This document shows positions 39,373 to 48,484 of a stretch of 64,000 nt of DNA, in pieces. The position numbers and the translations under genes were made by a program. The stretch comes from Escherichia phage W70, in the sequence record OP778610; one strand, given 5' to 3'. The notes under the pieces were generated by a model. It ran no database searches. It had not been told where the DNA came from and saw only the letters and a program-made list of their open reading frames with translations. Each line of letters opens with the position of its first letter. The first letter of the stretch is position 1.

Positions 39373-39687
39373 ATGATTATCGATGAAAGAACGCAAGTAG
39401 TTATTGACAAGACTTTCAGTGTACGTAAAAGTATCATTGCAGACATTAGTCTTGAGCGTATCACCGAGGAGGGTATTGATACTTCTGTAAACTACCCATT
39501 GGTGGAAGAAGACTTCTTACGTAAAATTATGAAGCAAAGTTTTACCGATCATGTGCAGGTAGAAACTAACGAAGAGATGTGGTTAGTCTTTAAACTATCT
39601 GCCGATACTGATCACGAACAAGAATTCAATGCGGCATTGGCATGGATTCTTAAATACTGTAATGACAATGATCTGGAGGTGATGTAA
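39373..39687 (+). CDS. hypothetical acidic protein
   Basis: 104-aa ORF. Confidence 0.5.
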   Translation: MIIDERTQVVIDKTFSVRKSIIADISLERITEEGIDTSVNYPLVEEDFLRKIMKQSFTDHVQVETNEEMWLVFKLSADTDHEQEFNAALAWILKYCNDNDLEVM

Positions 39688-39914
39688 TGCACAAGCTTCC
39701 AAAGAACTTTCGATTCTATCGTGATCTGAAATTAAAGTCTGTACTGTTTGTCGAGAATTTAGAGTTAGAGGAGTTTTATGGTTTTGAATGGTACAAAGGG
39801 GATATGGGAGAGATGAACTTAGAGAATGTTCTCAAATTTTGGGGCAATGATGATGGGGAAGGATACAGCCCCACACCAAAACACGAGCTTTCCCTTGTTG
39901 AGATCAGACAGTAA
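39687..39914 (+). CDS. hypothetical protein
   Basis: Start overlaps upstream stop. Confidence 0.45.
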   Translation: MHKLPKNFRFYRDLKLKSVLFVENLELEEFYGFEWYKGDMGEMNLENVLKFWGNDDGEGYSPTPKHELSLVEIRQ

Positions 39915-40019
39915 CAAAAGAAGGGGCCTAAACAGGCCCCTGTAAGCATAAACAAGCACAAGACGATAAATGACCTTACCAAAGATAAAAGGTCCTCACA
40001 AACGCATACAGGAGCTTAC

Positions 40020-40838
40020 ATGGCCTATCGTAAATTTGACCCACTAATCATTTATGAAGTTGTCCCAATGAGTGTCTCCAATCCTCATGGTTTGCAATCA
40101 CCTACTCCACTTGACCATAAGACAATGATCAGGAATGCAGAGTACACCTTAAGAGATCTTGAGAACGAAGAGATTGAAAGTGCTGTGCATGGATTGAAAG
40201 ACCTGATCCGTGAACTTGATACGGATGATTCTGTTCAAGAATATATTGAAAAGTCAGAGGCGCTAATCACGAAGTTTCATGAGTACCGCACTAAGGTATC
40301 GCGTATTCTTGATGAAGCTTTTGATCCTTCATCAAAAGACCCGATAAATGATGACAAGGCAATAACCTTACTCAGCCAAATAGCTGACGCTACTGACAGC
40401 ATGGACCCTGGTTTTGTAAGGGCTGATCATACCTGTGTAGATCAGTTTCCTTTAGCCTATCTTAAATCCAAAAAAGCATTCGGTAGTCTGGCTTTTGTCT
40501 GGGAGTATGAGAAAGATTCCCTTACTCGTTACATCAATCGGGTAGGTAAGAAAGATACTTCAGTTACGTTAAATATCTTTTGTGATGGTTCCTTGATGGT
40601 CCATAACAACTGGACAAAAGAGAGCATCCTCTTTGGTAAAGAAAGAGATCAGAAATTTAAACTAGTAAACTATATCCGTTTCGCAACAGAGGATAGTAAA
40701 ATGGGTAAGTCATTTAAAGAGGAGGACTTTAAAACTTTCTTTGAGGATTGGCTTTCCCCAACAGAAGAAGAGATCCAACTCTTCAAGGCTGTGAATGGGG
40801 ATGTTTCATTTGACCTGTACACACTCTTTAACGAGTGA
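40020..40838 (+). CDS. hypothetical protein
   Basis: 272-aa ORF. Confidence 0.55.
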   Translation: MAYRKFDPLIIYEVVPMSVSNPHGLQSPTPLDHKTMIRNAEYTLRDLENEEIESAVHGLKDLIRELDTDDSVQEYIEKSEALITKFHEYRTKVSRILDEAFDPSSKDPINDDKAITLLSQIADATDSMDPGFVRADHTCVDQFPLAYLKSKKAFGSLAFVWEYEKDSLTRYINRVGKKDTSVTLNIFCDGSLMVHNNWTKESILFGKERDQKFKLVNYIRFATEDSKMGKSFKEEDFKTFFEDWLSPTEEEIQLFKAVNGDVSFDLYTLFNE

Positions 40839-41136
40839 TATTTGTTTGCTAAAACAAATTCAGATTTCAGATCCAAAATCTATTTGAGATATTTCCCTGT
40901 GATATTTGTTTCATGGGGAATTTTCAGATTTCAATTTGAAATTCTATTTGAGATAAATTTAAGACTCTTGCCACCGTGTCACATCCATACTGTTTCATTC
41001 CTGCATACCCCGCACCACTAGATCAACTAAGCTGATGCCTCGCTTACAGACACACCCTTCAGATTCAATACGTTACTGCTCCAGTATACATACGATACAA
41101 AGCAAACATACGACACTCATGACCAGAATAATTTGA

Positions 41137-41303
41137 GAACTTGAGAGGTTTTTCATTTTTGAGATCGTAACCTGAAAACTGTGCACGAGAACTTGAGAGG
41201 TTTTTCGATACAGAGATTAGGAACTTGAGAGGTTTTTCATTTTTAAGTTTGCATTTGAAATTGAGAACTTGAGCTACAGGCCAGATACTTGAGGGGTTTT
41301 TCA
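41137..41303. repeat. direct-repeat (iteron-like) array, consensus GAACTTGAGAGGTTTTTCA
   Basis: Copies at 41137, 41189, 41221, partial 41265, variant 41285; irregular spacing. Confidence 0.7.
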
Positions 41304-41666
41304 AATTTCAGTTTCATTTCAAAATTGGAAAATTTTTTATATCCACAAAAATATAGGGCTTGTCAAGGTCTTTGATAAGAAATTTTCAGGAGGTGAGAAT
41401 TATTCTCATTTGCAGAATAACGGGCAGGGGTGGTGATTGCTTCGTGAAACCGTCCTCATCACCATGAATATATAATAGCACCGTTTTTGATTAGAAAGCA
41501 ACAACATTTTAAAAATATTTTTCGGTAAATTTTGGCCGAGCCACCGGCGATCCACCTTACAACCTGGCGGCGATGCCTGGTATGTTAGCCCCGCCTTTAC
41601 GCCGTGGGGATGGCGATTGTTTTCCTATGTAAGCATTATGGCCCCCTGGCGGGGCCGTTGTCAAGA

Positions 41667-41933
41667 TTATTTTTTGTTTTCTTGCCAGGCCAGGACACCT
41701 AACCAAAAAATAGGATAACCGCGTTTATCTTTTGGTATGTTGCTTTCCCCGCCACCGCCTTGCATCCATTCTACGCCACTGTTAAACATTTCAAGCTGAT
41801 AAAGGTCGGTTATCTTTGTATCCTTAAGGTTAAGGATTGTTTCAACCTTTAAGCCTGTTGCACTCGCCACTTGGTGGACCGTTCCACCTTGCCATTTTAA
41901 AGCGTGCATGAGGTGTAGTGTAGTAGTTGTCAT
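41667..41933 (-). CDS. hypothetical protein
   Basis: Isolated minus-strand ORF. Confidence 0.4.
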   Translation of the reverse strand: MTTTTLHLMHALKWQGGTVHQVASATGLKVETILNLKDTKITDLYQLEMFNSGVEWMQGGGGESNIPKDKRGYPIFWLGVLAWQENKK

Positions 41934-42043
41934 GTTGTGTTGCCCTTTCTTTTGTTGTGCGCCCTGGTTGTCGCGGTAAAAAGACTATAAATGATCTTCC
42001 TTTATATAGCAAGGAAAAAGAAATTAAAAAAGATTAAAAATAA

Positions 42044-42072
42044 TGTTGACGTAGTGAATCTGGTAGCGTAGT
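42044..42072 (+). promoter_or_regulatory. sigma70-like promoter
   Basis: TTGACG, 17-bp spacer, TAGTAT. Confidence 0.5.
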
Positions 42073-42131
42073 ATTCATCTCATCGAACGGCGACATGCCA
42101 ACAAGTAAACAAATAAAAGGGCAACAACAAA

Positions 42132-42317
42132 ATGAATAAAAGAATTACAAACGTAAATCCTGGCGAACGTTTCCAACATGAGGGGCATTTGCACACTGTA
42201 GTAAGCAACAAAGAGCATACTGTAAGAGTAAATAGAAATATCTTGCAACTTCGCGATCGTTTTGGTATCGTACAGACTTACACTTTCGAAGCAAATAAAA
42301 CAGTTAAAACTTTCTGA
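42132..42317 (+). CDS. hypothetical protein
   Basis: 61-aa ORF. Confidence 0.45.
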   Translation: MNKRITNVNPGERFQHEGHLHTVVSNKEHTVRVNRNILQLRDRFGIVQTYTFEANKTVKTF

Positions 42318-42328
42318 GGATTTTTAAA

Positions 42329-42664
42329 ATGGCACTAGTCACTAAGTATTTCATTGAAGGCCAGCAAGCGGCGCAACAAGGTTACAGCCGTGTTACTCGT
42401 TACAAGAAAGAAGAAAACAAGATTGAATTTTTCAAGGGTTACGATAGTGTAAACCGTGATGCAATGGTCCTACGCTTCGAATCCGATCCAGTGGGCAAGC
42501 CTGTTACCTCTTACCAGGCATCACCGCAGATTGTTTATGTTGGTACTGTTAAAGAATGTAACGACAAGTTAATCACTTTGAAGCAGGCCGATCGTGCGGG
42601 TTACTTTGTTGTTTACACTGCTGACGGTAAGCCTTACCAGTACGAAAGCAAATATTTTAAATAA
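42329..42664 (+). CDS. hypothetical protein
   Basis: 111-aa ORF. Confidence 0.5.
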   Translation: MALVTKYFIEGQQAAQQGYSRVTRYKKEENKIEFFKGYDSVNRDAMVLRFESDPVGKPVTSYQASPQIVYVGTVKECNDKLITLKQADRAGYFVVYTADGKPYQYESKYFK

Positions 42665-42672
42665 AAAGTATT

Positions 42673-42727
42673 GACAGAAAGAAAGAAGTAAATTAAATTA
42701 TACCACGTAACGCCGCAATCGTGCGGC
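42673..42727 (+). promoter_or_regulatory. promoter plus 5' hairpin cassette
   Basis: TTGACA, 17-bp spacer, TAAATT; hairpin gccgca-atcg-tgcggc. Confidence 0.5.
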
Positions 42728-42754
42728 AATAAAAACTGATAGGAATTGAACAAA

Positions 42755-42967
42755 ATGGCTAAAATCATCATTAAAAAATCCCGTGTATCTTCTGTTGCTC
42801 GCGTCGAAATGGTAAACACTATGCCAGGTTACCGGACTCGCGAGGAAGCCCGAAGCGTTGCAAAACAGATTAAAGCCCGTGGCTTAACTGTAAGTGCACC
42901 GACCAAAACACAAGAAGGATGGAAGGTATCTATTAAATCCGGTACACTGTCGATCAATAAACACTAA
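42755..42967 (+). CDS. hypothetical basic protein
   Basis: ATG at 42755 preferred over TTG at 42746. Confidence 0.45.
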   Translation: MAKIIIKKSRVSSVARVEMVNTMPGYRTREEARSVAKQIKARGLTVSAPTKTQEGWKVSIKSGTLSINKH

Positions 42968-43030
42968 TAGCCAAAACATTAACGGGGCAACTTTGCCCCT
43001 CACTAAATAACATTATCCAGGAGTATTAAC

Positions 43031-43189
43031 ATGACTAGCCAAAACACTAACATTGAAAAAATCAACATTACTAAAGAGCGTAAAGCATGGAATGAAACAT
43101 TAAATCTGAAAGGTAAGAAGCTGAATAAAACTAAACGCGATCGCAGTACAAAGCGGGCCTTTTGTGAATTTACAGCGGATCAAGAATGA
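43031..43189 (+). CDS. small ORF (52 aa)
   Basis: AGGAG RBS 7 nt upstream; overlaps next start; below ORF-track cutoff. Confidence 0.35.
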   Translation: MTSQNTNIEKINITKERKAWNETLNLKGKKLNKTKRDRSTKRAFCEFTADQE

Positions 43190-43485
43190 TGATTAAAGTT
43201 ATTGCACTTACTGCCTTATTGTGTATACCATTTTTGGCGCACGGTACTAAGTTTTACGGTGCTAACTTGATAGATTGTAAAGCTCATATGCTGGACCATG
43301 AAACAGGCAACAAATTTGTTAAGCCTTTCCAGATCAATCCGGCGGTGTTTACTGACGGTGTTTTATATCAGGAAGGTAAAGCCAGTACGCTGATAATCCA
43401 TTACGATCCAGCGACAAAGAAAGGTAGTTTATCAATCCAGGTTGAAGGCGCGGAAGAGTTTTCAGGTAAAATAATCTGCAATTAA
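43186..43485 (+). CDS. secreted or periplasmic protein
   Basis: N-terminal signal-like MIKVIALTALLCIPFLAHG. Confidence 0.5.
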   Translation: MMIKVIALTALLCIPFLAHGTKFYGANLIDCKAHMLDHETGNKFVKPFQINPAVFTDGVLYQEGKASTLIIHYDPATKKGSLSIQVEGAEEFSGKIICN

Positions 43486-43545
43486 TATGTTAAGGCCCGC
43501 CATTGTGCGGGCCTTTCTTTTATGAAAATAATTTTGAAAATGTTG

Positions 43546-43614
43546 TTGACAGCACCGATTAAAAGCGTATGATGTATTACATCAGGACGGGGAACCAAAC
43601 AAGTAACTCCCCGT
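43546..43614 (+). promoter_or_regulatory. promoter plus hairpin with no downstream ORF
   Basis: TTGACA then -10-like, hairpin acgggga...tccccgt; no start codon before next promoter. Confidence 0.35.
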
Positions 43615-43663
43615 TAAGTAGTCCAGGAGTAAGACATACGAAAACCTCCCCTGATAAAATAGT

Positions 43664-43722
43664 TTGACAATAGTTTTTAGTACTGTATAATACATTACAT
43701 CAAGGGGAGAATAGTTCTCCCC
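43664..43722 (+). promoter_or_regulatory. promoter plus 5' hairpin cassette
   Basis: TTGACA, 16 bp, TATAAT, hairpin GGGGAGAA-tag-TTCTCCCC. Confidence 0.6.
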
Positions 43723-43742
43723 ACATCAAAGGAATCAAAACA

Positions 43743-43970
43743 ATGGCTATCGTAATCACTCGCGTATCTGGTACAGTTGGCAATGCGGCAGTAGTAGCGG
43801 TTATCACTAATAAGAAAGGTGCGGAACTACATTTTGCAATGTATAACTGGTCAGTTGATGAGTTTGGTCAGTACGCTAGTGTAGAATACATTGAAACCTA
43901 TCAAGTGCCGTCGATTAGTTTAACTGATTTGGGCGTTGAGCGTATCCTTTGCCTGGATGAATTAAATTAA
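43743..43970 (+). CDS. hypothetical protein
   Basis: 75-aa ORF after cassette. Confidence 0.5.
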   Translation: MAIVITRVSGTVGNAAVVAVITNKKGAELHFAMYNWSVDEFGQYASVEYIETYQVPSISLTDLGVERILCLDELN

Positions 43971-43977
43971 AAAAGTA

Positions 43978-44038
43978 CTTGCAAAGTAAAACGAATAACG
44001 TATAATACATTACATCAAGGGGAGAAATGATTCTCCCC
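43978..44038 (+). promoter_or_regulatory. promoter plus 5' hairpin cassette
   Basis: TTGCAA, 17 bp, TATAAT, hairpin GGGGAGAA-atga-TTCTCCCC. Confidence 0.55.
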
Positions 44039-44055
44039 ACTAAGAGGAAACTAAG

Positions 44056-44196
44056 ATGAAAACTTGCCAGTGTGGTAAAAAGTCTATTGCTGGTCTGCGT
44101 CGCGGTGTTGCTTTATGCCAGTATCATTACAATAGTCAAGTATGGGGTAAAACGTGGGCTGACCAGGTTGAAGCAGCAAAGAAAGCAAAAAAGTAA
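44056..44196 (+). CDS. small Cys-containing ORF (46 aa)
   Basis: Follows cassette; CQCG...CQYH; below track cutoff. Confidence 0.35.
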   Translation: MKTCQCGKKSIAGLRRGVALCQYHYNSQVWGKTWADQVEAAKKAKK

Positions 44197-44253
44197 TTGA
44201 CAGCAGGAAGAAAAAGAGTAAACTGTATTACGTAGGGCGGCAATAGCGCCGCC
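44197..44253 (+). promoter_or_regulatory. promoter plus 5' hairpin cassette
   Basis: TTGACA, TAAACT, hairpin GGGCGGC-aata-GCGCCGCC. Confidence 0.5.
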
Positions 44254-44274
44254 ACATCAAAGAGAGAAATCAAA

Positions 44275-44493
44275 ATGGCTAATATCCGCACACTGTTAAA
44301 AAATGCAAAAGAAGTTTTATTTTCTGACGATGAATATTTTAATCGCAATATCAAAGGCGTTCGGAACATTAAGGATATAAAGGAATTATTTGGAATCAAA
44401 GGTAACGTATATCGTAAAGGATTGCACGGTAATAATTTTGAATATAAGTTGGCTGATAGTGATTATAATTTTACACTGACCATCATTAGTTGA
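44275..44493 (+). CDS. hypothetical protein
   Basis: 72-aa ORF. Confidence 0.45.
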   Translation: MANIRTLLKNAKEVLFSDDEYFNRNIKGVRNIKDIKELFGIKGNVYRKGLHGNNFEYKLADSDYNFTLTIIS

Positions 44494-44512
44494 AAGTTTT
44501 AATCTAGCGCTA

Positions 44513-44541
44513 TTGACTTAAGCCGATAGTGCTGGCATAAT
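44513..44541 (+). promoter_or_regulatory. sigma70-like promoter (no hairpin)
   Basis: TTGACT, 17 bp, CATAAT. Confidence 0.5.
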
Positions 44542-44573
44542 AACTTTTATCAAGAACATCAAAGGAAAGTAAA

Positions 44574-44786
44574 ATGGCTATCATTACTAAAATCAAAGTA
44601 AACAAAACACTGGTTAAGCTGGAAGAAGTGAAAGCAGGTTATAAAGTATCTTGGTGTGGCATGTATCGGATGTTCACAGATATAGACGATGCAATCAATT
44701 ACTACACTAACACGATTAAAAACTTTGTTCGTGCTGATGTGATTATTGCAGTGGAAGCACATAAAGCATCGAAAGAAAGTAAGTAA
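44574..44786 (+). CDS. hypothetical protein
   Basis: 70-aa ORF. Confidence 0.45.
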   Translation: MAIITKIKVNKTLVKLEEVKAGYKVSWCGMYRMFTDIDDAINYYTNTIKNFVRADVIIAVEAHKASKESK

Positions 44787-44805
44787 AATTATTACCACAG
44801 TACTA

Positions 44806-44834
44806 TTGACAACTACTGATAGTACTGACATAAT
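44806..44834 (+). promoter_or_regulatory. sigma70-like promoter (no hairpin)
   Basis: TTGACA, 17 bp, CATAAT; near-duplicate of 44513 promoter. Confidence 0.5.
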
Positions 44835-44879
44835 AACTTTTATTAAGTACTACAAATCAAACAAAGAGAGAATACAATC

Positions 44880-45119
44880 ATGGCTAACAACAAAACTTTT
44901 AACGGTCACAAAAACAAAACTCATTGGAATGTTTCCTTGTGGATTAATAACGATGCATCACTGTATCGACTGGCTAATGATTTCATCGTCGCTAACACTA
45001 ATCGTAACGATGCGGCCCGTCATATGATGTTATTTTTAGAACAAACCGGACAACATAAAACACCGGACGGATTCAAGTATAGTACTACTGCAATCCGTGC
45101 CGCGATGGTTGGGATGTAA
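44880..45119 (+). CDS. hypothetical protein
   Basis: 79-aa ORF. Confidence 0.45.
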   Translation: MANNKTFNGHKNKTHWNVSLWINNDASLYRLANDFIVANTNRNDAARHMMLFLEQTGQHKTPDGFKYSTTAIRAAMVGM

Positions 45120-45176
45120 TATTCAGTACTGAATCAATGGCGGGGAATAGTTCCCGCCTTTACTGAGGATTATCTA

Positions 45177-45461
45177 ATGAGCAAAGTAATTAATAGTAAA
45201 GTACTGAGTAAAACATTAACACTCACTGAGTGCACCAATGGCTTTTGGCTATACGATTCTACCCGTGGCATGAATATAGCTATGCAAGCGAAATCAGAGG
45301 AGGCTGCATTTGTTGAAGCCCTGGGATACTATCAGAGACGTCTACAGGAAGTAGAAAACAATTACACCAGCCTTAAAGCGAAAGTAGACCATTTCATCGG
45401 GCAAGTGGTAGAAGATGATGAGGATGGTCACTATTGCGAACGCTGCGGATCTTACAGCTAA
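45177..45461 (+). CDS. hypothetical protein
   Basis: Preceded by hairpin GGCGGGGAA-tag-TTCCCGCC at 45139-45158. Confidence 0.45.
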   Translation: MSKVINSKVLSKTLTLTECTNGFWLYDSTRGMNIAMQAKSEEAAFVEALGYYQRRLQEVENNYTSLKAKVDHFIGQVVEDDEDGHYCERCGSYS

Positions 45462-45469
45462 AAAAGTAG

Positions 45470-45527
45470 TTGACACAAAGAAACAAAACAAGTAAATTAA
45501 TCACATCAGGCGGGGAATGGACCCGCT
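45470..45527 (+). promoter_or_regulatory. promoter plus 5' hairpin cassette
   Basis: AAAAGTAGTTGACA, 17 bp, TAAATT, hairpin GGCGGGGAATGGACCCGC. Confidence 0.6.
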
Positions 45528-45548
45528 AAAAGAGAAGAGAGAAATCAA

Positions 45549-45881
45549 ATGAGCTTTTTATCTATCGTACAGACTAACTTTGAAAATGATTTCATTGCTC
45601 AAGCTATCAACATCGACAAAGGTATCCCAAATATCAATTTTGGTTACAATAGCGGTGGTTATGAAAGATACCAGTATTTTGTAACTGACGATGGAAGTGT
45701 TTTAGGTATCAATACAGTGATGGCTAATATCCAAAACATTAATTTCAATGATCCCGATGAGCGCTCATTTTATATCGTCGGTATCCAGGTAAACTATGAA
45801 GATGATACGTTAACCGATGATTACACAGGTGAAGTATTAGAAAGTGTTTACGGTGATGAATCAGAAGAAGAAGAAGAATAA
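45549..45881 (+). CDS. hypothetical acidic protein
   Basis: C-terminus SEEEEE. Confidence 0.45.
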   Translation: MSFLSIVQTNFENDFIAQAINIDKGIPNINFGYNSGGYERYQYFVTDDGSVLGINTVMANIQNINFNDPDERSFYIVGIQVNYEDDTLTDDYTGEVLESVYGDESEEEEE

Positions 45882-45896
45882 GATTAGAAAAAGTAG

Positions 45897-45955
45897 TTGA
45901 CGGAAAGAGTATAAAGAAGTAAGATAATTAACGAATAGGGGGAAACATCTTCCCC
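45897..45955 (+). promoter_or_regulatory. promoter plus 5' hairpin cassette
   Basis: AAAAGTAGTTGACG, 17 bp, TAAGAT, hairpin GGGGGAA-acatc-TTCCCCC. Confidence 0.55.
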
Positions 45956-45980
45956 CATAAACAAAAAGAGAGATTGAAAA

Positions 45981-46163
45981 ATGACAGAACTGATTGCAAC
46001 TACAAAGATCGAAGGCGTTAACGATGTTACTTTGTCCTATGATCCTTCTACTCTGGTTTATGTTGTGAAATATGGCAGAATGATCGCAGAACTTGATTGC
46101 ATTGATGAGGCTTTCGAAAAATATTTCGAACTTATCAATATTGCTTATGATGACTACCGTTAA
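45981..46163 (+). CDS. hypothetical protein
   Basis: 60-aa ORF. Confidence 0.4.
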   Translation: MTELIATTKIEGVNDVTLSYDPSTLVYVVKYGRMIAELDCIDEAFEKYFELINIAYDDYR

Positions 46164-46193
46164 TATACAACGTAAAAATAGAAAGGTGATAAA

Positions 46194-46403
46194 ATGATCA
46201 ATGAAAAAACAATCAATGATGTTCGCGAGGAAGTTTTAGCCGTTGCTGTAGAATCGGGTGCACGTCAGGCATTTTGGAAAGCTACTGATCTTTACCCCGA
46301 GCAAGCCGAAAATATTCTTAATCAGGTCAGCGTTAAACTTGAACAAATAGGCAAACTGAAAACAAGTGAGCGCCTCGACCAAATCATTAAAGAAAGTTTT
46401 TGA
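46194..46403 (+). CDS. hypothetical protein
   Basis: 69-aa ORF. Confidence 0.4.
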   Translation: MINEKTINDVREEVLAVAVESGARQAFWKATDLYPEQAENILNQVSVKLEQIGKLKTSERLDQIIKESF

Positions 46404-46441
46404 TTGACTTTTAACATTGCCCCTATTAGTATTCAGGGGCA
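46404..46441 (+). promoter_or_regulatory. sigma70-like promoter with overlapping hairpin
   Basis: TTGACT, 17 bp, TAGTAT; inverted repeat GCCCCT...AGGGGC. Confidence 0.45.
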
Positions 46442-46467
46442 AGATTAAAAGAAACAAGGACACAAAG

Positions 46468-46779
46468 ATGAACGATATTGTTAGCATTATAGGTTTACTG
46501 GGCGTAGGCTACGTCGCCACATCAATTACAATGAGTTACTTCAATAAAAGGCGTGATAAAATGTTTTGTTACTTTGAATACCGTTACCGTGGTAAGGTTG
46601 GATCATCCCGTGACTATGGTCCGATGTTAGAGATTGATGCGGTTGGCGCTATGCAGTATCGCCAGTCACTAGGGGCTGAAATAATTTTTGAAGTGTACCG
46701 CAGTACAGAAGAAGAGATCCACGACATTATTGACGAGCGTCAATATTACCACGAACAACAAACTAAACGCAGGGCTTAA
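46468..46779 (+). CDS. membrane-anchored protein
   Basis: ATG at 46468 with hydrophobic N-terminus IVSIIGLLGVGYVATSI. Confidence 0.45.
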   Translation: MNDIVSIIGLLGVGYVATSITMSYFNKRRDKMFCYFEYRYRGKVGSSRDYGPMLEIDAVGAMQYRQSLGAEIIFEVYRSTEEEIHDIIDERQYYHEQQTKRRA

Positions 46780-46966
46780 CATATGACTAATACAAACCGA
46801 CAAAAAATCATCAAAACTAAAAAACTTGATTTCAATACTTATCAAGAATGCAAGAAGAAAGTAAAAGATAAGCGAGAGAACAAGCGGCACGAATGGATAA
46901 GCAATACAATCGATCTTTAATATCAACCTAAGCCCACTATGTGGGCTTTTCTTATGGAGAACAGAC

Positions 46967-47194
46967 ATGATTAATATTCTTTCACTTACAGAAGTGATCC
47001 GCTTCCTCAAAAACAACGCCCTGGGAACGTCTATAACGTATCTAATCCCGCAAGGTAAGGATTATGCCAGCGTTACACGTTCAATCACTGCTACGGCTTC
47101 CAGAGAAGAAATAAAGGTCAGCGTAAGCCAATTGTTGATTGTTGATCCGTCATCTTGCGAGACTATCCAGGCAGTAAAGATAATTAGAAAATAA
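46967..47194 (+). CDS. hypothetical protein
   Basis: Terminator-like hairpin agcccac-tatg-tgggct precedes. Confidence 0.4.
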   Translation: MINILSLTEVIRFLKNNALGTSITYLIPQGKDYASVTRSITATASREEIKVSVSQLLIVDPSSCETIQAVKIIRK

Positions 47195-47279
47195 TTTAAA
47201 AAACTTCTTGCATCCATTATTGAGAAGATGTACATTAGTTTCATCAAGACGAGATGATGACAATCAAAAGGTGATTACT

Positions 47280-47573
47280 ATGTTATACGAAGTTTTTGCG
47301 GGATTTTGTTTTTATGGTGCTGCCGCCGTTCGCCAATGTGATGATTATGTAGTTGAGTCATTCGATGATCCTTTGGCGTGTGAGATTGTTACTACGGCGT
47401 ATGAGCAAGATCGCCGTTGGATTAATCCGGCCTGTATCGCATCGCCTGAGGTTGAACCTATGCCGGAAGGTGAGGAATTAACAGAGGAAGACTTGCAAGA
47501 AGTAAAAGAAGTTATGAGCTACATGATTGATAATCTGGACGCTGAAAACTTACAACGGGCTTTGCAAAAATAA
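47280..47573 (+). CDS. hypothetical acidic protein
   Basis: ATG at 47280 within listed ORF 47208-47573. Confidence 0.4.
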   Translation: MLYEVFAGFCFYGAAAVRQCDDYVVESFDDPLACEIVTTAYEQDRRWINPACIASPEVEPMPEGEELTEEDLQEVKEVMSYMIDNLDAENLQRALQK

Positions 47574-47586
47574 TTTGAAAAAGTAG

Positions 47587-47643
47587 TTGACTCAAAGAAG
47601 CAAAACAAGTAAATTATTCACATCAGGCGGGGAATGGCCCCGC
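47587..47643 (+). promoter_or_regulatory. promoter plus 5' hairpin cassette
   Basis: AAAAGTAGTTGACT, 17 bp, TAAATT, hairpin GGCGGGGAATGGCCCCGC; near-duplicate of 45470 cassette. Confidence 0.6.
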
Positions 47644-47659
47644 TAAACAAAAAGAGATT

Positions 47660-48040
47660 ATGAAAATGGCTAAAAATACTAACGTTTGTGATTACGCTAA
47701 CCTGGTTACTCTGAATGCAGATTCTAAAATTAAACTAAGCGAGGTTGAAGCTATTCATATTCTGGCCCGTCGTTGGTTCCAACAATCATACGGCAATACT
47801 TATTTCTCTTTAAGTGTAGACGTGGAGATCGCTGGTAAATTGGTTCAAGTGGTTAGCGTGCCGTTCCAATATGGTTATGGTGATCATTTCGATACCGTGG
47901 CACTAGAAGAATTTAGCAAGGTTATCAACATGGAAGGCAAGGAGTTTTCACGCGGTAGCTATCTATCCCGTTTTTGCCGTGACAACAATATCCCTGTTTA
48001 TTCGAACGCCGTTGATGTTAAACGCAAAAAAGATATGTAA
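47660..48040 (+). CDS. hypothetical protein
   Basis: 126-aa ORF. Confidence 0.5.
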   Translation: MKMAKNTNVCDYANLVTLNADSKIKLSEVEAIHILARRWFQQSYGNTYFSLSVDVEIAGKLVQVVSVPFQYGYGDHFDTVALEEFSKVINMEGKEFSRGSYLSRFCRDNNIPVYSNAVDVKRKKDM

Positions 48041-48046
48041 TTATTA

Positions 48047-48106
48047 TTGACAGTACAAAGAAAACGAGTAAACTGTATTACATAGAAAGCGGGAACACTT
48101 CCCGCT
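48047..48106 (+). promoter_or_regulatory. promoter plus 5' hairpin cassette
   Basis: TTGACA, 16 bp, TAAACT, hairpin AGCGGGAA-cac-TTCCCGCT. Confidence 0.55.
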
Positions 48107-48127
48107 TATATTCTAGGAGTAAGAGAA

Positions 48128-48481
48128 ATGATCGAACAAATCAAAACTACGACGGCTAATGTAACGGGAACGGTAGCACACTTTACTAGTGATGAATCGC
48201 GGGGCGTTCCCTATTGTGCTGTACATGTAAACACTGAGGGTAACTACTGGTTTACGGTTTACGGATCATATTCATTTGGACGGCCAGGGCATCAAAAAAT
48301 TCTGGATAAAGTACAACCAACGGGTAAAAATATTACCGCTGAGATGTTTAATAAATCACTTGCAAAGTTAAAAGCACTGAAAGATTTTGGCTTTAAAGAT
48401 CTAGTTATCAAACGTGATGAAAAATTCCGCTTCCGTAATGATCTGGCAAATCGCTACTATGAAATCTATGAAGCACTTTAA
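48128..48481 (+). CDS. hypothetical protein
   Basis: 117-aa ORF. Confidence 0.5.
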   Translation: MIEQIKTTTANVTGTVAHFTSDESRGVPYCAVHVNTEGNYWFTVYGSYSFGRPGHQKILDKVQPTGKNITAEMFNKSLAKLKALKDFGFKDLVIKRDEKFRFRNDLANRYYEIYEAL

Positions 48482-48484
48482 TAA

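Noticed and set aside
41137-41303. Possible CRISPR array
   Set aside because: Repeat spacing is irregular (52, 32, 44, 20 bp), copies are imperfect, and there are no uniform spacers or cas genes.
41065-41304. 79-aa minus-strand ORF in the track
   Set aside because: It is a translation of the GAACTTGAGAGGTTTTTCA direct repeats (KNEKPLKF appears twice); no RBS, and it lies in a non-coding convergent gap.
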